Made by a program: the position numbers and the translations under genes. The notes below the pieces were generated by a model. That model did no database searches, was not told the DNA's origin, and saw nothing but the letters and a program-made list of their open reading frames with translations. This document shows, in pieces, positions 27,301 to 41,900 of a DNA stretch of 64,000 nucleotides. The stretch comes from Eledone cirrhosa (taxonomy: Eukaryota): positions 374,728,001 to 374,792,000 of the forward strand of contig OZ024742.1 in NCBI GenBank assembly GCA_964016885.1. Direction: 5' to 3'. The number at the start of each line of letters is the position of its first letter. Position 1 is the first letter of the stretch.

Positions 27301-30300
27301 ACTCATAGGACTGTCATGTTCTGGGGATAGATAGACAGCTAAGATGACTGTGTCTCACTCATAGGACTGTCATGTTCTGGGGATAGAAAGACAGCTAAGA
27401 TGACTGTGTCTCACTCATAGGACTGTCATGTTCTGGGGATAGACAGACAGCTAAGATGACTGTGTCACACTCATAGGACTGTCATGTTTCGGGGATAGAC
27501 AGCTAAGATGACTGTCTCACTCATAGGACTGTCATGTACTGGGGATAGATAGACAGCGAAGATGACTGTGTCACACTCTTAGGACTGTTCATGTTCCGGG
27601 AATAGACGGCTTCGATGACTGTGTCTCACTCATAGGACTGTCATGTTCTGGGGATAGACAGACAGCTAAGATGACTGTGTCTCACTGATAGGACTGTCAT
27701 GTTCTGGGGATAGACAGACAGCTAAGGTGACTGTGTCTCACTCAACGGACTGTCATGTTCTGGGGACAGACAGACAGCTAAGATGACTGTGTCACACTCA
27801 TAGGACTGTCATGTTCTGGGGATAGATAGACAGCTAAGATGACTGTGTCTCACTCATAGGACTGTCATGTTCTGGGGATAGACAGACAGCTAAGATGACT
27901 GTGTCTCACTGATAGGACTGTCATGTTCTGGGGACAGACACACAGCTAAGATGACTGTCACACTCATAGGACTGTCCTGTACTGGGAATAGACAGCTAAG
28001 ATGGCTGCGTCTCACTCATAGGAGTCATCTTCTGGGGATAGACAGACAGCTAAGTTGACTGTCTCACACATAGGACTGTCATGTACTTGGGATAGACAGC
28101 TAAGATGACAGTGTCTCACTCATAGGACTGTCCTGTTCTGGGGACAGACAGCTAAGATGACTGTCTCACTCATAGGACTGTCATGTACTGGGGATAGACA
28201 TCTAAGATGGCTGCGTCTCACTCATAGGACTGTCATGTTCTAGGGAGACGCAGCTAAGATGACTGTGTCTCACTCATAGGACTGTCATGTTCTGGGGATA
28301 GATAGACAGCTAAGATAACTGTGTCTCACTGATAGGACTGTCATGTTCTGGGGATAGATAGACAGCTAAGATAACTGTGTCTCACTCATAGGACTGTCAT
28401 GTTCTGGGGATAGATAGACAGCTAAGATTACTGTGTCTCACTCATAGGACTGTCATGTTCTGGGGATAGATAGACAGCTAAGATAACTGTGTCTCACTCA
28501 TAGGGCTGTCATGTTCTGGGGATAGACAGACAGCTAAGATGACTGTGTCTCACTCATAGGACTGTCATGTTCTGGGGATAGATAGACAGCTAAGATGAAT
28601 GTGTCTCACTCGTAGGACTGTCATGTTCTGGGGATAGATAGACAGCTAAGATTACTGTGTCTCACTGATAGGACTGTCATGTTCTGGGGATAGACAGACA
28701 GCTAAGATGACTGTGTCTCACTCATAGGACTGTCATGTTCTGGGGATAGACGGCTAAGATGACTGTCTCACTCATAGGACTGTCATGTACTGGGGATAGA
28801 TAGACAGCTAAGATGACTGTGTCACACTCATAGGACTGTCATGTTCTGGGGACAGACAAACAGCTAAGATGACTGTGTCTCACTGATAGGACTGTCATGT
28901 TCTAGCGAGACACAGCTAAGATGACTGTGTCTCACTCATAGGACTGTCATGTTCTGGGGATAGATAGACAGCTAAGATGACTGTGTCTCACTCATAGGAC
29001 TGTCATGTTTTGGGGATAGATAGACAGCTAAGATGACTGTGTCTCACTGACAGGACTGTCATGTTCTGGGGATAGATCGACAGCTAAGATGACTGTGTCT
29101 CACTCATAGGACTGTCATGTTCTGGGGACAGACAGACAGCTAAGATGACTGTGTCTCACTGATAGGACTGTCATGTTCTGGGGATAGACAGACAGCTAAG
29201 ATGACTGTGTTTCACTGATAGGACTGTCATGTTCTGGGGATAGACAGACAGCTAAGATGACTGTCTCACTCATAGGACTGTCATGTTCTGGGGATAGACA
29301 GACAGCTAAGATGACTGTCTCACTCATAGGACTGTCATGTACTGGGGATAGACAGACAGCTAAGATGACTGTGTCTCACTCATAGGACTGTCATGTTCTG
29401 GGGATAGACAGCTAAGATGACTGTGTCTCACTGATAGGACTGTCATGTTCTGGGGATAGACAGCTAAGATGACTGTGTCTCACTCATAGGACTGTCATGT
29501 TCTGGGGATAGACAGACAGCTAAGATGACTGTGTCTCACTCATAGGACTGTCATGTTCTGGGGATAGATAGACAGCTAAGATGACTGTCTCACTCATAGG
29601 ACTGTCATGTTCTGGGGATAGACAGACAGCTAAGATGACTGTGTCTCACTGATAGGACTGTCATGTTCTGGGGATAGACAGACAGCTAAGATGACTGTGT
29701 CTCACTCATAGGACTGTCATGTTCTGGGGATAGATAGACAGCTAAGATGACTGTGTCTCACTGATAGGACTGTCATGTTCTGGGGATAGATAGACAGCTA
29801 AGATGACTGTGTCTCACTCATAGGACTGTCATGTTCTGGGGATAGATAGACAGCTAAGATGACTGTGTCACACTCATAGGACTGTCATGTTCTGGGGATA
29901 GACAGACAGCTAAGATGACTGTCTCACTCATAGGACTGTCATGTTCTGGGGATAGACAGACAGCTAAGATGACTGTGTCTCTCTGATAGGACTGTCATGT
30001 TCTGGGGATAGACAGACAGCTAAGATGACTGTGTCTCACTCATAGGACTGTCATGTTCTGGGGATAGATAGACAGCTAAGATGACTGTGTCTCACTGATA
30101 GGACTGTCATGTTCTGGGGATAGACAGACAGCTAAGATGACTGTGTCTCACTCATAGGACTGTCATGTTCTGGGGATAGATAGACAGCTAAGATGACTGT
30201 GTCACACTCATAGGACTGTCATGTTCTGGGGATAGATAGACAGCTAAGATGACTGTGTCTCACTCATAGGACTGTCATGTTCTGGGGATAGACAGACAGC

Positions 30301-32340
30301 TAAGATGACTGTGTCTCACTCATAGGACTGTCATGTTCTGGGGATAGATAGACAGCTAAGATGACTGTGTCACACTCATTGGACTGTCATGTTCTGGGGA
30401 TAGATAGACAGCTAAGATGACTGTGTCTCACTCATAGGACTGTCATGTTCTGGGGATAGACAGACAGCTAAGATGACTGTGTCTCACTGATAGGACTGTC
30501 ATGTTCTGGTGATAGACAGACAGCTAAGATGACTGTGTCTCACTCATAGGACTGTCATGTTCTGGGGATAGATAGACAGCTAAGATGACTGTGTCTCACT
30601 CATAGGTCTGTCATGTTCTGGGGATAGATAGACAGCTAAGATGACTGTGTCTCACTCATAGGACTGTCATGTTCTGGGGATAGACAGACAGCTAAGATGA
30701 CTGTGTCTCACTGATAGGACTGTCATGTTCTGGGGATAGACAGACAGCTAAGATGACTGTGTCTCACTCATAGGACTGTCATGTTCTGGGGATAGATAGA
30801 CAGCTAAGATGACTGTGTCTCACTCATAGGACTGTCATGTTCTGGGGATAGATAGACAGCTAAGATGACTGTGTCTCGCTCATAGGACTGTCATGTTCTG
30901 GGGATAGACAGACAGCTAAGATGACTGTGTCTCACTCATAGGACTGTCATGTTCTGGGGATAGACAGACAGCCAAGATGACTGTGTCTCACTCATAGGAC
31001 TGTCATGTTCTGGGGATAGATAGACAGCTAAGATGACTGTGTCACACTCATAGGACTGTCATGTTCTGGGGATAGATAGACAGCTAAGATGACTGTGTCT
31101 CACTCATAGGACTATCATGTTCTGGGTATAGACAGACAGCTAAGATGACTGTGTCTCACTGATAGGACTGTCATGTTCTGGGGATAGACAGACAGCTAAG
31201 ATGATTGTGTCTCACTCATAGGACTGTCATGTTCTGGGGATAGATAGACAGCTAAGATGACTGTGTCTCACTCATAGGACTGTCATGTTCTGGGGATAGA
31301 TAGACAGCTAAGATGACTGTGTCTCACTCATAGGACTGTCATGTTCTGGGGATAGAAAGACAGCTAAGATGACTGTGTCTCACTCATAGGACTGTCATGT
31401 TCTGGGGATAGACAGACAGCTAAGATGACTGTGTCACACTCATAGGACTGTCATGTTTCGGGGATAGACAGCTAAGATGACTGTCTCACTCATAGGACTG
31501 TCATGTACTGGGGATAGATAGACAGCGAAGATGACTGTGTCACACTCTTAGGACTGTTCATGTTCCGGGAATAGACGGCTTCGATGACTGTGTCTCACTC
31601 ATAGGACTGTCATGTTCTGGGGATAGACAGACAGCTAAGATGACTGTGTCTCACTGATAGGACTGTCATGTTCTGGGGATAGACAGACAGCTAAGGTGAC
31701 TGTGTCTCACTCAACGGACTGTCATGTTCTGGGGACAGACAGACAGCTAAGATGACTGTGTCACACTCATAGGACTGTCATGTTCTGGGGATAGATAGAC
31801 AGCTAAGATGACTGTGTCTCACTCATAGGACTGTCATGTTCTGGGGATAGACAGACAGCTAAGATGACTGTGTCTCACTGATAGGACTGTCATGTTCTGG
31901 GGACAGACACACAGCTAAGATGACTGTCACACTCATAGGACTGTCCTGTACTGGGAATAGACAGCTAAGATGGCTGCGTCTCACTCATAGGAGTCATCTT
32001 CTGGGGATAGACAGACAGCTAAGTTGACTGTCTCACACATAGGACTGTCATGTACTTGGGATAGACAGCTAAGATGACAGTGTCTCACTCATAGGACTGT
32101 CCTGTTCTGGGGACAGACAGCTAAGATGACTGTCTCACTCATAGGACTGTCATGTACTGGGGATAGACATCTAAGATGGCTGCGTCTCACTCATAGGACT
32201 GTCATGTTCTAGGGAGACGCAGCTAAGATGACTGTGTCTCACTCATAGGACTGTCATGTTCTGGGGATAGATAGACAGCTAAGATAACTGTGTCTCACTG
32301 ATAGGACTGTCATGTTCTGGGGATAGATAGACAGCTAAGA
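24365..32340 (+). repeat. Tandem segmental duplication, offset 3969 bp (about 24.37-28.35 kb vs 28.33-32.34 kb)
   Basis: Markers TAAGATGAAT 24622/28591, CCGGG 27596/31565, and the G of GAGACGCAG 28250/32219. I noticed no differences between the copies by eye. Confidence 0.9.
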
Positions 32341-35300
32341 TTACTGTGTCTCACTGATAGGACTGTCATGTTCTGGGGATAGATAGACAGCTAAGATGAC
32401 TGTGTCTCACTCATAGGACTGTCATGTTCTGGGGACAGACAGATAGCTAAGATGACTGTGTCTCACTGATAGGACTGTCATGTTCTGGGGATAGACAGAC
32501 AGCTAAGATGACTGTGTCTCACTGATAGGACTGTCATGTTCTGGGGATAGACAGACAGCTAAGATGACTGTCTCACTCATAGGACTGTCATGTTCTGGGG
32601 ATAGATAGACAGCTAAGATGACTGTGTCTCACTCATAGGACTGTCATGTTCTGGGGATAGACAGCTAAGATGACTGTGTCTCACTGATAGGACTGTCATG
32701 TTCTGGGGATAGATAAACAGCTAAGATGACTGTGTCTCACTCATAGGACTGTCATGTTCTGGGGATAGACAGCTAAGATGACTGTGTCTCACTGATAGGA
32801 CTGTCATGTTCTGGGGATAGATAGACAGCTAAGATGACTGTGTCACACTCATAGGACTGTCATGTTCTGGGGATAGACAGACAGCTAAGATGACTGTGTC
32901 TCACTCATAGGACTGTCATGTTCTGGGGATAGATAGACAGCTAAGATGACTGTCTCACTCATAGGACTGTCATGTTCTGGGGACAGACAGACAGCTAAGA
33001 TGACTGTGTCTCACTGATAGGACTGTCATGTTCTGGGGATAGACAGACAGCTAAGATGACTGTGTCTCACTCATAGGACTGTCATGTTCTGGGGATAGAC
33101 GGCTAAGATGACTGTCTCACTCATAGGACTGTCATGTATTGGGGATAGATAGACAGCTAAGATGACTGTGTCACACTCATAGGACTGTCATGTTCTGGGG
33201 ACAGACAAACAGCTAAGATGACTGTGTCTCACTCATAGGACTGTCATGTTCTGGGGATAGATAGACAGCTAAGATGACTGTGTCTCACTCATAGGACTGT
33301 CATGTTCTGGGGATAGATAGACAGCTAAGATGACTGTGTCTCACTGATAGGACTCATGTTCTGGGGATAGATCGACAGCTAAGATGACTGTGTCTCACTC
33401 ATAGGACTGTCATGTTCTGGGGACAGACAGACAGCTAAGATGACTGTGTCTCACTGATAGGACTGTCATGTTCTGGGGATAGACAGACAGCTAAGATGAC
33501 TGTCTCACTCATAGGACTGTCATGTTCTGGGTATAGACAGACAGCTAAGATGACTGTCTCACTCATAAGACTGTCATGTACTGGGGATAGACAGACAGCT
33601 AAGATGACTGTGTCTCACTCATAGGACTGTCATGTTCTGGGGATAGACAGCTAAGATGACTGTGTCTCACTGATAGGACTGTCATGTTCTGGGGATAGAT
33701 AAACAGCTAAGATGACTGTGTCTCACTCATAGGACTGTCATGTTCTGGGGATAGACAGCTAAGATGACTGTGTCTCACTGATAGGACTGTCATGTTCTGG
33801 GGATAGATAGACAGCTAAGATGACTGTGTCACACTCATAGGACTGTCATGTTCTGGGGATAGACAGCTAAGATGACTGTGTCTCACTGATAGGACTGTCA
33901 TGTTCTGGGGATAGATCGACAGCTAAGATGACTGTGTCTCACTCATAGGACTGTCATGTTCTGGGGACAGACAGACAGCTAAGATGACTGTGTCTCACTG
34001 ATAGGACTGTCATGTTCTGGGGATAGACAGACAGCTAAGATGACTGTCTCACTCATAGGACTGTCATGTTCTGGGTATAGACAGACAGCTAAGATGACTG
34101 TCTCACTCATAAGACTGTCATGTACTGGGGATAGACAGACAGCTAAGATGACTGTGTCTCACTCATAGGACTGTCATGTTCTGGGGATAGACAGCTAAGA
34201 TGACTGTGTCTCACTGATAGGACTGTCATGTTCTGGGGATAGATAAACAGCTAAGATGACTGTGTCTCACTCATAGGACTGTCATGTTCTGGGGATAGAC
34301 AGCTAAGATGACTGTGTCTCACTCATAGGACTGTCATGTTCTGGGGATAGACAGACAGCTAAGATGACTGTGTCTCACTCATAGGACTGTCATGTTCTGG
34401 GGATAGATAGACAGCTAAGATGACTGTCTCACTCATAGGACTGTCATGTTCTGGGGATAGACAGACAGCTAAGATGACTGTGTCTCACTGATAGGACTGT
34501 CATGTTCTGGGGATAGACAGACAGCTAAGATGACTGTGTCTCACTCATAGGACTGTCATGTTCTGGGGATAGATAGACAGCTAAGATGACTGTGTCTCAC
34601 TGATAGGACTGTCATGTTCTGGGGATAGATAGACAGCTAAGATGACTGTGTCTCACTCATAGGACTGTCATGTTCTGGGGATAGATAGACAGCTAAGATG
34701 ACTGTGTCACACTCATAGGACTGTCATGTTCTGGGGATAGACAGACAGCTAAGATGATTGTCTCACTCATAGGACTGTCATGTTCTGGGGATAGACAGAC
34801 AGCTAAGATGACTGTGTCTCTCTGATAGGACTGTCATGTTCTGGGGATAGACAGACAGCTAAGATGACTGTGTCTCACTCATAGGACTGTCATGTTCTGG
34901 GGATAGATAGACAGCTAAGATGACTGTGTCTCACTCATAGGACTGTCATGTTCTGGGGATAGATAGACAGCTAAGATGACTGTGTCTCACTGATAGGACT
35001 GTCATGTTCTGGGGATAGATAGACAGCTAAGATGACTGTGTCTCACTCATAGGACTGTCATGTTCTGGGGACAGACAGACAGCTAAGATGACTGTGTCTC
35101 ACTGATAGGACTGTCATGTTCTGGGGATAGACAGACAGCTAAGATGACTGTCTCACTCATAGGACTGTCATGTTCTGGGTATAGACAGACAGCTAAGATG
35201 ACTGTCTCACTCATAAGACTGTCATGTACTGGGGATAGACAGACAGCTAAGATGACTGTGTCTCACTCATAGGACTGTCATGTTCTGGGGATAGACAGCT

Positions 35301-35962
35301 AAGATGACTGTGTCTCACTGATAGGACTGTCATGTTCTGGGGATAGATAAACAGCTAAGATGACTGTGTCTCACTCATAGGACTGTCATGTTCTGGGGAT
35401 AGATAGACAGCTAAGATGACTGTGTCTCACTCATAGGACTGTCATGTTCTGGGGATAGATAGACAGCTAAGATGACTGTGTCTCACTGATAGGACTGTCA
35501 TGTTCTGGGGATAGATCGACAGCTAAGATGACTGTGTCTCACTCATAGGACTGTCATGTTCTGGGGACAGACAGACAGCTAAGATGACTGTGTCTCACTG
35601 ATAGGACTGTCATGTTCTGGGGATAGATAGACAGCTAAGATGACTGTGTCTCACTCATAGGACTGTCATGTTCTGGGGATAGATAGACAGCTAAGATGAC
35701 TGTGTCACACTCATAGGACTGTCATGTTCTGGGGATAGACAGACAGCTAAGATGACTGTCTCACTCATAGGACTGTCATGTTCTGGGGATAGACAGACAG
35801 CTAAGATGACTGTGTCTCTCTGATAGGACTGTCATGTTCTGGGGATAGACAGACAGCTAAGATGACTGTGTCTCACTCATAGGACTGTCATGTTCTGGGG
35901 ATAGATAGACAGCTAAGATGACTGTGTCTCTCTCATAGGACTGTCATGTTCTGGGGATAGAT

Positions 35963-38900
35963 AGACAGCTAAGATGACTGTGTCTCACTGATAGGACTGT
36001 CATGTTCTGGGGATAGATCGACAGCTAAGATGACTGTGTCTCACTCATAGGACTGTCATGTTCTGGGGACAGACAGACAGCTAAGATGACTGTGTCTCAC
36101 TGATAGGACTGTCATGTTCTGGGGATAGACAGACAGCTAAGATGACTGTCTCACTCATAGGACTGTCATGTTCTGGGTATAGACAGACAGCTAAGATGAC
36201 TGTCTCACTCATAAGACTGTCATGTACTGGGGATAGACAGACAGCTAAGATGACTGTGTCTCACTCATAGGACTGTCATGTTCTGGGGATAGACAGCTAA
36301 GATGACTGTGTCTCACTGATAGGACTGTCATGTTCTGGGGATAGATAAACAGCTAAGATGACTGTGTCTCACTCATAGGACTGTCATGTTCTGGGGATAG
36401 ACAGCTAAGATGACTGTGTCTCACTGATAGGACTGTCATGTTCTGGGGATAGATAGACAGCTAAGATGACTGTGTCACACTCATAGGACTGTCATGTTCT
36501 GGGGATAGACAGCTAAGATGACTGTGTCTCACTCATAGGACTGTCATGTTCTGGGGATAGACAGACAGCTAAGATGACTGTGTCTCACTGATAGGACTGT
36601 CATGTTCTGGGGATAGACAGACAGCTAAGGTGACTGTGTCTCACTCAACGGACTGTCATGTTCTGGGGACAGACAGACAGCTAAGATGACTGTGTCACAC
36701 TCATAGGACTGTCATGTTCTGGGGATAGATAGACAGCTAAGATGACTGTGTCTCACTCATAGGACTGTCATGTTCTGGGGATAGACAGACAGCTAAGATG
36801 ACTGTGTCTCACTGATAGGACTGTCATGTTCTGGGGACAGACACACAGCTAAGATGACTGTCACACTCATAGGACTGTCCTGTACTGGGAATAGACAGCT
36901 AAGATGGCTGCGTCTCACTCATAGGAGTCATCTTCTGGGGATAGACAGACAGCTAAGTTGACTGTCTCACACATAGGACTGTCATGTACTTGGGATAGAC
37001 AGCTAAGATGACAGTGTCTCACTCATAGGACTGTCCTGTTCTGGGGACAGACAGCTAAGATGACTGTCTCACTCATAGGACTGTCATGTACTGGGGATAG
37101 ACATCTAAGATGGCTGCGTCTCACTCATAGGACTGTCATGTTCTAGGGAGACACAGCTAAGATGACTGTGTCTCACTCATAGGACTGTCATGTTCTGGGG
37201 ATAGATAGACAGCTAAGATAACTGTGTCTCACTCATAGGACTGTCATGTTCTGGGGATAGATAGACAGCTAAGATTACTGTGTCTCACTGATAGGACTGT
37301 CATGTTCTGGGGATAGATAGACAGCTAAGATGACTGTGTCTCACTCATAGGACTGTCATGTTCTGGGGACAGACAGATAGCTAAGATGACTGTGTCTCAC
37401 TGATAGGACTGTCATGTTCTGGGGATAGACAGACAGCTAAGATGACTGTGTCTCACTGATAGGACTGTCATGTTCTGGGGATAGACAGACAGCTAAGATG
37501 ACTGTCTCACTCATAGGACTGTCATGTTCTGGGGATAGATAGACAGCTAAGATGACTGTGTCTCACTCATAGGACTGTCATGTTCTGGGGATAGACAGCT
37601 AAGATGACTGTGTCTCACTGATAGGACTGTCATGTTCTGGGGATAGATAAACAGCTAAGATGACTGTGTCTCACTCATAGGACTGTCATGTTCTGGGGAT
37701 AGACAGCTAAGATGACTGTGTCTCACTGATAGGACTGTCATGTTCTGGGGATAGATAGACAGCTAAGATGACTGTGTCACACTCATAGGACTGTCATGTT
37801 CTGGGGATAGACAGACAGCTAAGATGACTGTGTCTCACTCATAGGACTGTCATGTTCTGGGGATAGATAGACAGCTAAGATGACTGTCTCACTCATAGGA
37901 CTGTCATGTTCTGGGGACAGACAGACAGCTAAGATGACTGTGTCTCACTGATAGGACTGTCATGTTCTGGGGATAGACAGACAGCTAAGATGACTGTGTC
38001 TCACTCATAGGACTGTCATGTTCTGGGGATAGACGGCTAAGATGACTGTCTCACTCATAGGACTGTCATGTACTGGGGATAGATAGACAGCTAAGATGAC
38101 TGTGTCACACTCATATGACTGTCATGTTCTGGGGACAGACAAACAGCTAAGATGACTGTGTCTCACTGATAGGACTGTCATGTTCTAGCGAGACACAGCT
38201 AAGATGACTGTGTCTCACTCATAGGACTGTCATGTTCTGGGGATAGATAGACAGCTAAGATGACTGTGTCTCACTGATAGGACTGTCATGTTCTGGGGAT
38301 AGATCGACAGCTAAGATGACTGTGTCTCACTCATAGGACTGTCATGTTCTGGGGACAGACAGACAGCTAAGATGACTGTGTCTCACTGATAGGACTGTCA
38401 TGTTCTGGGGATAGACAGACAGCTAAGATGACTGTCTCACTCATAGGACTGTCATGTTCTGGGTATAGACAGACAGCTAAGATGACTGTCTCACTCATAA
38501 GACTGTCATGTACTGGGGATAGACAGACAGCTAAGATGACTGTGTCTCACTCATAGGACTGTCATGTTCTGGGGATAGACAGCTAAGATGACTGTGTCTC
38601 ACTGATAGGACTGTCATGTTCTGGGGATAGATAAACAGCTAAGATGACTGTGTCTCACTCATAGGACTGTCATGTTCTGGGGATAGACAGCTAAGATGAC
38701 TGTGTCTCACTGATAGGACTGTCATGTTCTGGGGATAGATAGACAGCTAAGATGACTGTGTCACACTCATAGGACTGTCATGTTCTGGGGATAGACAGCT
38801 AAGATGACTGTGTCTCACTCATAGGACTGTCATGTTCTGGGGATAGACAGACAGCTAAGATGACTGTGTCTCACTCATAGGACTGTCATGTTCTGGGGAT

Positions 38901-41900
38901 AGATAGACAGCTAAGATGACTGTCTCACTCATAGGACTGTCATGTTCTGGGGATAGACAGACAGCTAAGATGACTGTGTCTCACTGATAGGACTGTCATG
39001 TTCTGGGGATAGACAGACAGCTAAGATGACTGTGTCTCACTCATAGGACTGTCATGTTCTGGGGATAGATAGACAGCTAAGATGACTGTGTCTCACTGAT
39101 AGGACTGTCATGTTCTGGGGATAGATAGACAGCTAAGATGACTGTGTCTCACTCATAGGACTGTCATGTTCTGGGGATAGATAGACAGCTAAGATGACTG
39201 TGTCACACTCATAGGACTGTCATGTTCTGGGGATAGACAGACAGCTAAGATGACTGTCTCACTCATAGGACTGTCATGTTCTGGGGATAGACAGACAGCT
39301 AAGATGACTGTGTCTCTCTGATAGGACTGTCATGTTCTGGGGATAGACAGACAGATAAGATGACTGTGTCTCACTCATAGGACTGTCATGTTCTGGGGAT
39401 AGATAGACAGCTAAGATGACTGTGTCTCACTGATAGGACTGTCATGTTCTGGGGATAGACAGACAGCTAAGATGACTGTGTCTCACTCATAGGACTGTCA
39501 TGTTCTGGGGATAGATAGACAGCTAAGATGACTGTGTCACACTCATAGGACTGTCATGTTCTGGGGATAGATAGACAGCTAAGATGACTGTGTCTCACTC
39601 ATAGGACTGTCATGTTCTGGGGATAGACAGACAGCTAAGATGACTGTGTCTCACTGATAGGACTGTCATGTTCTGGTGATAGACAGACAGCTAAGATGAC
39701 TGTGTCTCACTCATAGGACTGTCATGTTCTGGGGATAGATAGACAGCTAAGATGACTGTGTCTCACTCATAGGACTGTCATGTTCTGGGGATAGATAGAC
39801 AGCTAAGATGACTGTGTCTCACTCATAGGACTGTCATGTTCTGGGGATAGACAGACAGCTTAGATGACTGTGTCTCACTCATAGGACTGTCATGTTCTGG
39901 GGATAGATAGACAGCTAAGATGACTGTGTCACACTCATAGGACTGTCATGTTCTGGGGATAGATAGACAGCTAAGATGACTGTGTCTCACTCATAGGACT
40001 GTCATGTTCTGGGGATAGACAGACAGCTAAGATGACTGTGTTTCACTGATAGGACTGTCATGTTCTGGGGATAGACAGACAGCTAAGATGACTGTGTCTC
40101 ACTCATAGGACTGTCATATTCTGGGGATAGATAGACAGCTAAGATGACTGTGTCTCACTCATAGGACTGTCATGTTCTGGGGATAGATAGACAGCTAAGA
40201 TGACTGTGTCTCGCTCATAGGACTGTCATGTTCTGGGGATAGACAGACAGCTAAGATGACTGTGTCTCACTCATAGGACTGTCATGTTCTGGGGATAGAC
40301 AGACAGCTAAGATGATTGTGTCTCACTCATAGGACTGTCATGTTCTGGGGATAGATAGACAGCTAAGATGACTGTGTCTCACTCATAGGACTGTCATGTT
40401 CTGGGGATAGATAGACAGCTAAGATGACTGTGTCTCACTCATAGGACTGTCATGTTCTGGGGATAGATAGACAGTTAAGATGACTGTGTCTCACTCATAG
40501 GACTGTCATGTTCTGGGGATAGACAGACAGCTAAGATGACTGTGTCACACTCATAGGACTGTCATGTTCTGGGGATAGATAGACAGCTAAGATGACTGTG
40601 TCTCACTCATAGGACTGTCCTGTACTGGGAATAGACAGCTAAGATGGCTGCGTCTCACTCATAGGAGTCATCTTCTGGGGATAGACAGACAGCTAAGTTG
40701 ACTGTCTCACACATAGGACTGTCATGTACTTGGGATAGACAGCTAAGATGACAGTGTCTCACTCATAGGACTGTCCTGTTCTGGGGACAGACAGCTAAGA
40801 TGACTGTCTCACTCATAGGACTGTCATGTACTGGGGATAGACATCTAAGATGGCTGCGTCTCACTCATAGGACTGTCATGTTCTAGGGAGACACAGCTAA
40901 GATGACTGTGTCTCACTCATAGGACTGTCATGTTCTGGGGATAGATAGACAGCTAAGATAACTGTGTCTCACTCATAGGACTGTCATGTTCTGGGGATAG
41001 ATAGACAGCTAAGATTACTGTGTCTCACTGATAGGACTGTCATGTTCTGGGGATAGATAGACAGCTAAGATGACTGTGTCTCACTCATAGGGCTGTCATG
41101 TTCTGGGGATAGACAGACAGCTAAGATGACTGTGTCTCACTTATAGGACTGTCATGTTCTGGGGATAGATAGACAGCTAAGATGACTGTGTCTCACTCAT
41201 AGGACTGTCATGTTCTGGGGATAGATAGACAGCTAAGATGACTGTGTCTCACTCATAGGACTGTCATGTTCTGGGGATAGACAGACAGCTAAGATGACTG
41301 TGTCTCACTCATAGGACTGTCATGTTCTGGGGATAGATAGACAGCTAAGATGACTGTGTCACACTCATTGGACTGTCATGTTCTGGGGATAGATAGACAG
41401 CTAAGATGACTGTGTCTCACTCATAGGACTGTCATGTTCTGGGGATAGACAGACAGCTAAGATGACTGTGTCTCACTGATAGGACTGTCATGTTCTGGTG
41501 ATAGACAGACAGCTAAGATGACTGTGTCTCACTCATAGGACTGTCATGTTCTGGGGATAGATAGACAGCTAAGATGACTGTGTCTCACTCATAGGTCTGT
41601 CATGTTCTGGGGATAGATAGACAGCTAAGATGACTGTGTCTCACTCATAGGACTGTCATGTTCTGGGGATAGACAGACAGCTAAGATGACTGTGTCTCAC
41701 TGATAGGACTGTCATGTTCTGGGGATAGACAGACAGCTAAGATGACTGTGTCTCACTCATAGGACTGTCATGTTCTGGGGATAGATAGACAGCTAAGATG
41801 ACTGTGTCTCACTCATAGGACTGTCATGTTCTGGGGATAGATAGACAGCTAAGATGACTGTGTCTCGCTCATAGGACTGTCATGTTCTGGGGATAGACAG

